DNA from: Eledone cirrhosa
Lineage: Eukaryota
NCBI GenBank assembly: GCA_964016885.1
Contig: OZ024741.1
Location: 21,638,001-21,702,000, forward strand
DNA: 64,000 nucleotides
Direction: 5' to 3'
Below, piece after piece: positions 53,470 through 64,000 of this stretch; within the stretch, counting starts at the first letter, position 1, and each line of letters opens with the position of its first letter. The translations under genes and the position numbers were made by a program. The notes below the pieces were generated by a model. That model was not told the origin of the DNA. It ran no database searches and saw only the letters and a program-made list of their open reading frames with translations.

Positions 53470-56400
53470 TGCACCACCTTACACTACATTATACCACACT
53501 ATACTGCACCACATTGCACTACACCACACTACATTACACAACACTACACTACACCACACCACAATACACCACACCACACTATAATACACTACACCACACT
53601 ACACCATATCACACTACACCACACCTCACTACACCACACTACAATACACCACACCACAATACACCACACTATAATATACTACACCACACTACACCATATC
53701 ACACTACACCACACCTCACTACACCACACTACAATACACCACACCACACTATAATACACTACACCACACTACATTACACAACACCACACCACACCACACC
53801 ACACCACACCACACCACAATACACTACACCACACTACACCACACTACACCACACCACACCACACCACACTACACCACACCACAATACACCACACCACACT
53901 ATAATACACTACACCACACTACACCATATCACACTACACCACACCTCACTACACCACACTACAATACACCACACCACAATACACCACACTACATTACACA
54001 ACACTACACTACACCACAATACACCACACCACACTATAATACACTACACCACACTACAATACACCACACCACAATACACCACACTACATTACACCACACC
54101 ACACCACACCACACCACACCACACCACAATACACGACACCACACCACACTATAATACACTACACCACACTACATTACACAAGACCACACCACACCACACC
54201 ACACCACACCACAATACACCACACCACACTATAATACACTACACCACACTACACCATATCACACTACACCACACCTCACTACACCACACTACAGTACACC
54301 ACACCACAATACACCACACTATAATACACTACACCACACTACACCATATCACACTACACCACACCTCACTACACCACACTACAATACACCACACCACAAT
54401 ACACCACACTACATTACACAACACCACACCACACCACACTACACCACACCACCACACTACACTATAATACACTACACCACACTACACCATATCACATTAC
54501 ACCACACCACACTACACCACACTACAGTACACCACACCACAATACATTACACAACACCACACCACACCACACTACACTACACCACAATACACCACACTAC
54601 ACTATAATACACTACACCACACTACACCATATCACACTACACCACACCTCACTACACCACACTACAATACACCACACCACAATACACCACACTACAGTAC
54701 ACAACACCACACCACACTACACCACACCACAATACACCACACTACACTATAATACACTACACCACACTACACAATATCACACTACACCACACCTCACTAC
54801 ACCACACTACAATACACCACACCACAATACACCACACTACATTACACCACACCACACCACACCACACCACAATACACCACACCACACTATAATACACTAC
54901 ACCACACTACACCATATCACACTACACCACACCTCACTACACCACACCACAATACACCACACTACATTACACAACACCACACCACACCACACCACAATAC
55001 ACCACACCACACTATAATACACTACACCACACTACACCATATCACACTACACCACACCTCACTACACCACACTACAATACACCACACTACATTACACAAC
55101 ACCACACCACACCACACCACACCACACCACACCACAATACACCACACCACACTATAATACACTACACCACACTACACCATATCACACTACACCACACCTC
55201 ACTACACCACACCACAATACACCACACTACATTACACAACACCACACCACACCACAATACACCACACCACACTATAATACACTACACCACACTACACCAT
55301 ATCACACTACAATACACCACACCACAATACACCACACTACATTACACAACACCACACCACACCACACCACAATACACCACACCACACTATAATACACTAC
55401 ACCACACTACACAATATCACACTACACCACACCTCACTACACCACACTACAATACACCACACCACAATACACCACACTACATTACACCACACCACACCAC
55501 ACCACACCACAATACACCACACCACACTATAATACACTACACCACACTATAATACACTACACCACACTACACCATATCACACTACACCACACCTCACTAC
55601 ACCACACCACAATACACCACACTACATTACACAACACCACACCACACCACACCACAATACACCACACCACACTATAATACACTACACCACACTACACCAT
55701 ATCACACTACAATACACCACACCACAATACACCACACTACATTACACAACACCACACCACACCACACCACAATACACCACACCACACTATAATACACTAC
55801 ACCACAATACACCATATCACACTACACCACACCTCACTACACCGCACTACAATACACCACACCGCACTACAATACACCACACCACACTACATTACACCAC
55901 ACCACACCACACCACAATACACCACACCACACTATAATACACTACACCACAATACACCATATCACACTACACCACACCTCACTACACCGCACTACAATAC
56001 ACCACACCACAATAAATACACCACACTACATTACACCACACCACACCACACCACAATACACCACACCACACTATAATACACTACACCACACTACACCATA
56101 TCACACTACACCACACCACACCACACTACACCACACCACAATACACCACACTACACTATAATACACTACACCACACTACACCATATCACATTATACCACA
56201 CCACACTACACCACACTACACCATATCACATTACACCACACCACACTACACCACACTACAGTACACCACACCACAATACACCACACTACATTACACAACA
56301 CTACACTACACCACACCACAATACACCACACTACACTATAATACACTACACCACACTACACAATATCACACTACACCACACCTCACTACACCACACTACA

Positions 56401-58144
56401 TTACACAAGACCACACCACACCACACCACACCACAATACACCACACCACACTATAATACACTACACCACACTACACCATATCACACTACACCACACCTCA
56501 CTACACCACACTACAATACACCACACTACATTACACAACACCACACCACACCACACCACACCACACCACAATACACCACACCACACTATAATACACTACA
56601 CCACACTACACCATATCACACTACACCACACTACAATACACCACACCACAATACACCACACTACATTACACAACACCACACCACACCACACTACACCACA
56701 CCACAATACACCACACTACACTATAATACACTACACCACACTACACCATATCACATTACACCACACCACACTACAGTACACCACACCACAATACACCACA
56801 CTACATTACACAACACCACACCACACCACACTACACCACACCACAATACACCACACTACACTATAATACACTACACCATATCACACTACACCACACCTCA
56901 CTACACCACACTACAATACACCACACCACAATACACCACACTACATTACACAAGACCACACCACACCACACCACAATACACCACACTACACTATAATACA
57001 CTACACCACACTACACCATATCACATTACACCACACCACACTACAGTACACCACACCACACTACATTACACAACACCACACCACACTACACCACACCACA
57101 ATACACCACACCACGCTATAATACACTACACCACACTACACCATATCACATTACACCACACCACACTACAGTACACCACACCACAATACACCACACTACA
57201 TTACACAACACCACACTACACCACACCACACTACACCACACCACACTACACCACACCACACTACACCACATCACACTACACTACACCACACTACATTACA
57301 CCACATCACACTACATTACACGACACCACACTACACTACACGACACCACACCACTGCACACCACACTACACCACACCACACCACACTACACTACATTACA
57401 CCACACTACACCACACCACACTACACCATATCACATTACACCACACTACAGTACACCACACCACACCACACTACACCACACTACACCACACCACACTACA
57501 CCACACCACACTACACCACACCACACCACACTATACTACACCACACTACACCACACCACACTACAGTACACCACACCACACTACACCACACTACACCACA
57601 CTACACTACACCACACCACACCACACTACACCACACCACACTACAGTACACCACACCACACCACACTACACCACACTACACCACACTACATTACACCACA
57701 TCACACTACATTACACGACACCACACTACACTACACGACACCACACCACTGCACACCACACTACACCACACCACACTACACTACATTACACCACACTACA
57801 CCACACCACACTACACTATAATACACTACACCATATCACATTACACCACACCACACAACACCACACTACAGTACACCACACCACACCACACTACACCACA
57901 CCACACCACACTACACCACACCACAGTACACCACACCACACCACACTATACTACACCACACTACACCACACCACACTACAGTACACCACACCACACTACA
58001 CCACACTACACCACACTACACCACACTACACTACACCACACCACACCACACTACACCACACCACACTACAGTACACCACACCACACCACACTACACTACA
58101 CCACACTACACCACACTACACTACACCACACTACACTACACCAC
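53470..58144. repeat. Pentamer satellite (CACCA/CACTA/CAATA/CATTA)n, about 4.7 kb, with higher-order blocks
   Basis: 5-bp periodicity, almost no G on the plus strand, recurring block CTATAATACACTACACCACACTACACCATATCACACTACACCACACCTCA. Confidence 0.97.
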
Positions 58145-58194
58145 TTGTCAGTCTCAGCGGCGGATTGGTGGAATGTAAAAGTACAGAGAGTGAA

Positions 58195-58365
58195 TGCCGT
58201 GGTTTAGAGGTTAGTGTGTTGGGTTTAGGATCGTAATGTCATGGGTTCGATTCCTGGACCGGATGGCGGGTTGCCCCAGTCAACTCAATTGAAAATGTGT
58301 TTCAACAGCAACTGGGCAAGCTAGCCCTGTGATGTACTGACATACATACATTCATACATACATAC
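58195..58365 (+). mobile_element. tRNA-derived SINE
   Basis: A box TGGTTTAGAGG (58200-58210), B box GGTTCGATTCC (58244-58254), short body and a (TACA)n tail. Confidence 0.7.
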
Positions 58366-58385
58366 ACACATTTATATATACATAC

Positions 58386-58426
<41 letters not shown>

Positions 58427-58497
58427 ATGTATATATATATATATAGTTTTTGAATTTGTTTTGGAAGATTTCTTATCTGAAAACATGTGTTCAAACA

Positions 58498-58952
58498 GAT
58501 ATTGTTATACTTCGGGAGGGTCATGTTGCCAATAAAAACACATGCACCAGTTGCTTTCACTTCAATTTATTATAAATTTCCTGTTGGCTGGTTGGTTTGT
58601 TGGTTCGATAACTGGATGGTTGCTTATATATTGTCAAAGCTCTTTCGTCACACATTCTGTGACCTCCTCAGTGACTAAGTTTTTATTTTGTGTGTCTCTC
58701 CTTTGTTCTGTCCTACACCATCTTGTTTTTTTGTTTTTGTTTGGTATAGGACAGAACAAAGGAGATTCACAAAATAAAAACCCAGTCACTGAAGAGATCA
58801 CAGAATATGTGACGAAAGAGCTTTGACAATATATAAGCAACCTTCCGGTTATTGAACCAACCAGCCAACCGGAAATTTATAATAAATTGAAATGAAACCG
58901 ACAGGTGCGTGTGTTTTTATTGGCAACATGACCCTCCTAAAGTATAACAATA
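58498..58952. mobile_element. Long foldback (arms ~210-220 bp) with a hammerhead-like core in each arm
   Basis: 58498-58720 and 58742-58952 are diverged reverse complements. Cores at 58633-58675 (-) and 58785-58827 (+): GUCA-CUGA(G/A)GA-G-(G/A)UCACA-loop-UGUGAC-GAAA-GAGCUU-UGAC. Confidence 0.8.
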
Positions 58953-58993
58953 TATATATATAAATAAACACACACACACACACATATATATGT

Positions 58994-59036
<43 letters not shown>

Positions 59037-59068
59037 GTGTGTGTGTTTATATATATATATAAACATAT

Positions 59069-59270
59069 ATAGGAAAATAGTCAGAACCCCGACGGCAGAG
59101 CTCAAGCCACTTCGACATCTATTTCTGGACGCAAATAGTCCAGAAATAGCTGTCGAAACGGCTTGAGCTCTGCCATCGGGGTTCTGACTATTTTCCTATT
59201 ACTCACTCTACTACCCAAAGTATCGAGTACTCTGGTGCGTTATGGTCCATCTGGTTCCTTACGACACTTC
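59069..59270. mobile_element. ~60-bp-arm inverted repeat at the end of a dispersed repeat copy
   Basis: ATAGGAAAATAGTCAGAACCCCGA...TTTCTGGAC (59069-59130), 7-nt loop, then GTCCAGAAA...TCGGGGTTCTGACTATTTTCCTAT (59138-59199). The right arm continues into the repeat shared with 52768-52890. Confidence 0.8.
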
Positions 59271-59277
59271 CTTCGTT

Positions 59278-59325
<48 letters not shown>

Positions 59326-59329
<4 letters not shown>

Positions 59330-60100
59330 TAAAATGAAGAATTAGAAATAGATGCCAGGACTATCCATCATCAGTGGTCTACTAGCCATCATAGGTATTT
59401 CTTCGCATTAAAGACCAGATACCTCAGGCTAGCGCGAACAATAACTAAAATGGATAGTCCTGGCTTCTATTTCTAATTCTTCATTTTAATTTGTATATCA
59501 CATTTGCAACAACACAGCTCGCCATTTTTCATTCCTATATGCTTTCCCCTTCGCTATGACCTGTCTTTTTCTCTTCCCTTACTGCTATCCTCTTTCGCTC
59601 TCTCCCCCTTCTCTCTCCTTCTCTCTCTTACTTTCATTCACCCCCCCCCCCCCTGTTAGTCACCCTCTCTCGGCTAGCCTCTTCCTCACACTTTCACTCA
59701 CTCATCCTCTCTCTCACTTCCTCCATCGTCCCACACCGTGCAAAATTCTTTCCTCGCTTACTTTTCGCACGGTTAAGATATGTCTTTCGTCTTCTCGTCA
59801 ATATTCGCACGTTCTTATGTTCAAATAAATCATTGACTTGATTTTCTCATTTTTTCCTCTTTACGTTGCCTCATCATTCGTGTTTGTTTACCTGTCTCTC
59901 TTTCTCCACCCAATTCTTTTTATCCCAATAACTTATTTTAGTTATTGTTCGCGCTAGCCTGAAATGTCTGGTCTTTAATGCGAAGAAATACCTATGCTGG
60001 CTAGTAGACCACTGATGATGGATAGTCCTGGCTTCTATTTCTAATTCTTCATTTTAATTTGTATATCACCTTTGCAACAATACAGCACGCCATTTTTCAT
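59326..60100 (+). mobile_element. Non-autonomous Penelope-like element: inverted plus direct terminal repeat arrangement
   Basis: 59326-59450 is the reverse complement of 59936-60060, and 59451-59532 is a direct repeat of 60019-60100. The interior is pyrimidine-rich. The terminal repeat has CTGATGA-T-GGA-TAG-TCC without the following GAAA. Confidence 0.65.
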
Positions 60101-60101
60101 C

Positions 60102-60146
<45 letters not shown>

Positions 60147-60151
60147 GTATG

Positions 60152-60182
<31 letters not shown>

Positions 60183-60191
60183 ATATCTATG

Positions 60192-60229
<38 letters not shown>

Positions 60230-60239
60230 CATACAAAGA

Positions 60240-60276
<37 letters not shown>

Positions 60277-60512
60277 CAAAGAGTTTATATATATATATAC
60301 ACACACACACAAAGAGTTTATATATATATATAAACTCTTTGGAGTATTTATTTTGATTATTGTTAGAAAAACAAAACAAAACATGCCACTACAAGAAATC
60401 CATGCAATTAAATATGGTAGCAATGAATAAATTAGTTGTGAATCCTAAAGACTTTGATTCAGTCCCAGCCTGGGATTGAAATAACGGTTGTTAGTTTGGT
60501 AACAATAATATA

Positions 60513-60581
60513 CCCAGTACATTAGTTAACCTCGGCGGGATTTGAACTCAGACCATAAAGGGCTGTAACTCTTTGCTGCAA
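60513..60581 (-). mobile_element. SINE B-box segment contiguous with the 45-bp array
   Basis: Minus strand CTGAGTTCAAATCCCGCCGAGGTTAAC; the same motif is at 62653-62679. Confidence 0.75.
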
Positions 60582-62111
60582 AGCATGGCGTCAGACCCTC
60601 CACCGATACTACCAATCCACCACCCTAACATGGCGTCAGACCCTCTACCGATACTGCCAATCCACCACCCTAACATGGCGTCAGACCCTCTACCGATACT
60701 GCCAATCCACCACCCTAGCATGGCGTCCGACCCTCTACCGATACTGCCAATCCACCACCCTAACATGGTGTCCGACCCTCTACCGATACTGCCAATCCAC
60801 CACCCTAGCATGGCGTGCGACCCTCTACCAATACTGCCAATCCACCACCCTAACATGGCGTCCGACCCTCTACCGATACTGCCAATCCACCACCCTAACA
60901 TGGCGTGCGACCCTCCACCGATACTGCCAATCCACCACCCTAACATGGCGTGCGACCCTCCACCGATACTGCCAATCCACCACCCTAGCATGGCGTCCGA
61001 CCCTCTACCAATACTGCTAATCCACCACCCTAACATGGCGTCCGACCCTCTACCGATACTGCCAATCCACCACCCTAACATGGCGTCCGACCCTCCACCG
61101 ATACTGCCAATCCACCACCCTAACATGGCGTGCGACCCTCCACCGATACTGCCAATCCACCACCCTAACATGGTGTCCGACCCTCTACCGATACTACCAA
61201 TCCACCACCCTAACATGGCGTGCGACCCTCTACCGATACTGCCAATCCACCACCCTAACATGGCGTGCGACCCTCCACCGATACTGCCAATCCACCACCC
61301 TAACATGGCGTGCGACCCTCTACCGATACTACCAATCCACCACCCTAACATGGCGTGCGACCCTCTACCAATACTGCCAATCCACCACCCTAGCATGGCG
61401 TCCGACCCTCTACCGATACTGCCAATCCACCACCCTAACATGGCGTGCGACCCTCTACCGATACTACCAATCCACCACCCTAACATGGCGTGCGACCCTC
61501 TACCGATACTGCCAATCCACCACCCTAACATGGTGTCCGACCCTCTACCAATACTGCCAATCCACCACCCTAGCATGGCGTCCGACCCTCTACCGATACT
61601 GCCAATCCACCACCCTAACATGGCGTGCGACCCTCCACCGATACTGCCAATCCACCACCCTAACATGGCGTCCGACCCTCTACCAATACTGCCAATCCAC
61701 CACCCTAACATGGTGTCAGACCCTCTACCGATACTGCCAATCCACCACCCTAACATGGTGTCAGACCCTCTACCAATACTGCCAATCCACCACCCTAACA
61801 TGGCGTCAGACCCTCTACCAATACTGCCAATCCACCACCCTAACATGGCGTCCGACCCTCTACCAATACTGCCAATCCACCACCCTAACATGGCGTCAGA
61901 CCCTCTACCAATACTGCCAATCCACCACCCTAACATGGCGTCCGACCCTCTACCAATACTGCCAATCCACCACCCTAACATGGCGTCCGACCCTCTACCA
62001 ATACTGCCAATCCACCACCCTAACATGGCGTCAGACCCTCTACCAATACTGCCAATCCACCACCCTAACATGGCGTGCGACCCTCTACCAATACTGCCAA
62101 TCCACCACCCT
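60582..62111 (-). repeat. 45-bp minisatellite, 34 copies, derived from the SINE 5' head (Pol III A box)
   Basis: Unit on the minus strand AGGGTGGTGGATTGGCAGTATCGGTAGAGGGTCGGACGCCATGTT; a solo copy is at 62261-62303. Confidence 0.95.
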
Positions 62112-62589
62112 CATACATTATATTATTGTTACCAAACTAACATTATATTAATTTAATAATATAATAAAATGTTAGTTTGGTAACAATAATATAATTGTTT
62201 CTACTTTTGGCACAAGGCCTGCAATTAATTCAATGTATTACTGGTACTTTATTTTATTAAAGCATGGCGTCCGACCTTCTACCGATACTGCTAATCCACC
62301 GCCGTTTGGTAACAATAGAGTTTGGTAACAATAATATAATCTATGTTAATATATGTTAATATATGTTAATATAATAATATAATATAATGTTAGTTTGGTA
62401 ACAATAATGTGCAGGTATGGTCCCGTAACTCCAGGGGAAGACGTAGGACGCCATATTGACGGTGTTTCTAGGGTATATTAAAAAAAAACCTGGCGGAGCC
62501 CTTATTCTCCCCAGATCTGAATACAGAAGATTTGTTCCAGAGAATGACAGAAAGTAAGAGAATGAAAGTGAGAAAGAGATATAGAGGAA

Positions 62590-62680
62590 GAATCGATCCC
62601 AGTACATGGACTGGTACTTTTTTTTATTGACCTGAAATGGATGAAAGGCAAAGTTGACCTAGGCGGGATTTGAACTCAGT
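62590..62680 (-). mobile_element. tRNA-derived SINE body with B box
   Basis: Minus strand CTGAGTTCAAATCCCGCCTAGGTCAACTTTGCCTTTCATCC...AAGTACCAGT; resembles the abundant octopus SINE consensus as recalled. Confidence 0.75.
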
Positions 62681-62725
62681 AAGCTAATTCATGTAGCTCT
62701 AATGTTAAGTGTATACTTAATAAGT

Positions 62726-63445
62726 ATCGAAGGTTGGCTGAAAAATTCATAAGCTGACCAAGATACTCTCATGGAATGACCAAATGAGGTTTATTTTTCA
62801 ACATAGTCCCTGGAAAGAAAGCGTGTAGTTATTGATAAGAAGAGTTGAAACTAATGCATGTAAGATTTCACAGTTCTAGCATCACTCCTTCATAGGCTAA
62901 TCAAGATACTCTCAAATAAATTCATTGTATACATTGGTAAGCCAGTTAACACACCACATTGAATATAATTCTAACAGAGGGATATCATTCTTACAGAGAT
63001 AGTGCTCTACTCATGCACGCACACACACACATACACAGTCACACACACAAGTGGGGGGGGGGGGGGGGGGGGGGGAGGGGGCATTCTCGCAGCGATAGTG
63101 CTCTTCTCAATACGTGTCCAGTACCAGTCAAAACAAATGAGGTTTATACTTCAACACAGTCTCTGGAAAGAAACAAGGCAGTTATTAATAAGAAGAGTTA
63201 AAATTACTGCTTGCAAGATTTCACAGCTGAGCATCACTCCTTCATAGTCAGCTTATGAACTCTTCAGCTGGACTTATGCACGATTTCACAGCTCTAGCAT
63301 CACTCCTTCATAGTCAGCCTATGAACTCTTCAGCTGGGCTTATGCACGATTTCACAGTTTTAGCATCACTCCTTTATAGTCAGCCTATGAACTCTCCAGC
63401 CGACCCTCATGCAAGATTTCACAGCACTAGCATCACTCCTTCATA
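62726..63445. mobile_element. Rearranged mariner-like MITE with an internal duplication and a tandemly repeated right end (66-bp unit, ~3.5 copies)
   Basis: Left TIR GAAGGTTGGCTGAAAAATTCATAAGCTGAC; right TIR AGTCAGCCTATGAACTCTCCAGCCGACCCTC with copies starting at 63246, 63312 and 63378. 62783-62893 is duplicated at 63136-63246. Confidence 0.7.
62923..63135 (-). mobile_element. Second fragment of the R4/Dong-like LINE (ORF end and 3' UTR)
   Basis: Reverse complement of about 51101-51315 at high identity, with an expanded G tract. Confidence 0.88.
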
Positions 63446-63669
63446 CACGTAACATATATAAACGTCTATAAAGATGTGAGTTTATAAGAAGTTATATTAG
63501 GGCATGCTACTGTACTATGTGGTTTATATGTATGCAAGTGTAACACCTGCGGAGTCGCTGTGGTGCCGTTGTGACATACAGTGTGTTGTAGACACTGTAC
63601 ACCTGGTAGAACCCATCACCTCATCGGCTCAGAACACAGAATACAGCCGACGTCTTTGTGTTGGTGGCT

Positions 63670-63990
63670 GGAGAGAGAGGGAGGGAGAGAGAGGAAGCGA
63701 GAGAGGGTTGGAGAGATAGAGAGGTGGTTGGAAAGAGAGAGAGAGAGAGATGAGGAGAGAGGGAGAGAGAGAGGAAGCGAGAGAGGGTTGGAGAGATAGA
63801 GAGGTGGTTGGAAAGAGAGAGAGAGAGAGATGAGGAGAGAGGGAGAGAGAGAGAGAGAGAGGAGGCGGGAGAGGGTTGGAGAGATAGAGAGGTGGTTGGA
63901 AAGAGAGAGGGTGTTGGAGAGAGAGAGAGAGATGAGGAGAGAGGGAGAGAGAGAGAGAGAGAGGAAGCGGGAGAGAGTGAGAGAGAGGGA
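63670..63990. repeat. Purine-rich (GA) compound repeat with ~66-bp period
   Basis: GAGAGGGTTGGAGAGATAGAGAGGTGGTTGGAAAGAGAG recurs three times. Confidence 0.85.
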
Positions 63991-64000
63991 TGAAGATATG

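Noticed and set aside
53454-54467. His/Thr-rich 337-aa ORF
   Set aside because: Translation of the pentamer satellite.
53470-58144. Telomeric repeat
   Set aside because: Not (TTAGGG)n, the usual molluscan telomere motif; it is heterogeneous and interstitial.
58195-58262. tRNA gene
   Set aside because: A and B boxes are present, but I could not fold a convincing cloverleaf and it is followed by a SINE-like body and tail.
60548-62156. 507-aa and 527-aa ORFs on both strands with a 15-aa repeat
   Set aside because: The 45-bp unit is a multiple of 3 and derives from a SINE head; the open frames are incidental.

Overview
Repeat-dominated animal genomic DNA, most likely a cephalopod (octopus-like; inferred from the SINE family and a molluscan-type opine dehydrogenase homolog). 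About 80% of the window is tandem repeat: an 88-bp satellite (1-33.6 kb), a 37-bp satellite (38.3-49.3 kb), a CACCA/CACTA pentamer array (53.5-58.1 kb), a 45-bp array built from a SINE head and a 20-bp intronic minisatellite. The only credible host gene lies on the minus strand in a ~4.6-kb island between the two big satellites. It has two coding exons and encodes a 412-aa octopine/tauropine dehydrogenase homolog with an intact frame, but it appears to have lost the Rossmann glycine motif and the catalytic His and Asp, so it is a candidate pseudoenzyme. The rest is decayed LINEs (R4/Dong-, CR1/L2- and RTE-like), tRNA-derived SINEs, MITEs and Penelope-like fragments with minimal hammerhead-ribozyme motifs. 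The 88-bp monomer itself carries a degenerate hammerhead-core-like string. Nearly all ORFs in the supplied track are repeat artefacts. Reference comparisons are from memory; no searches were run.
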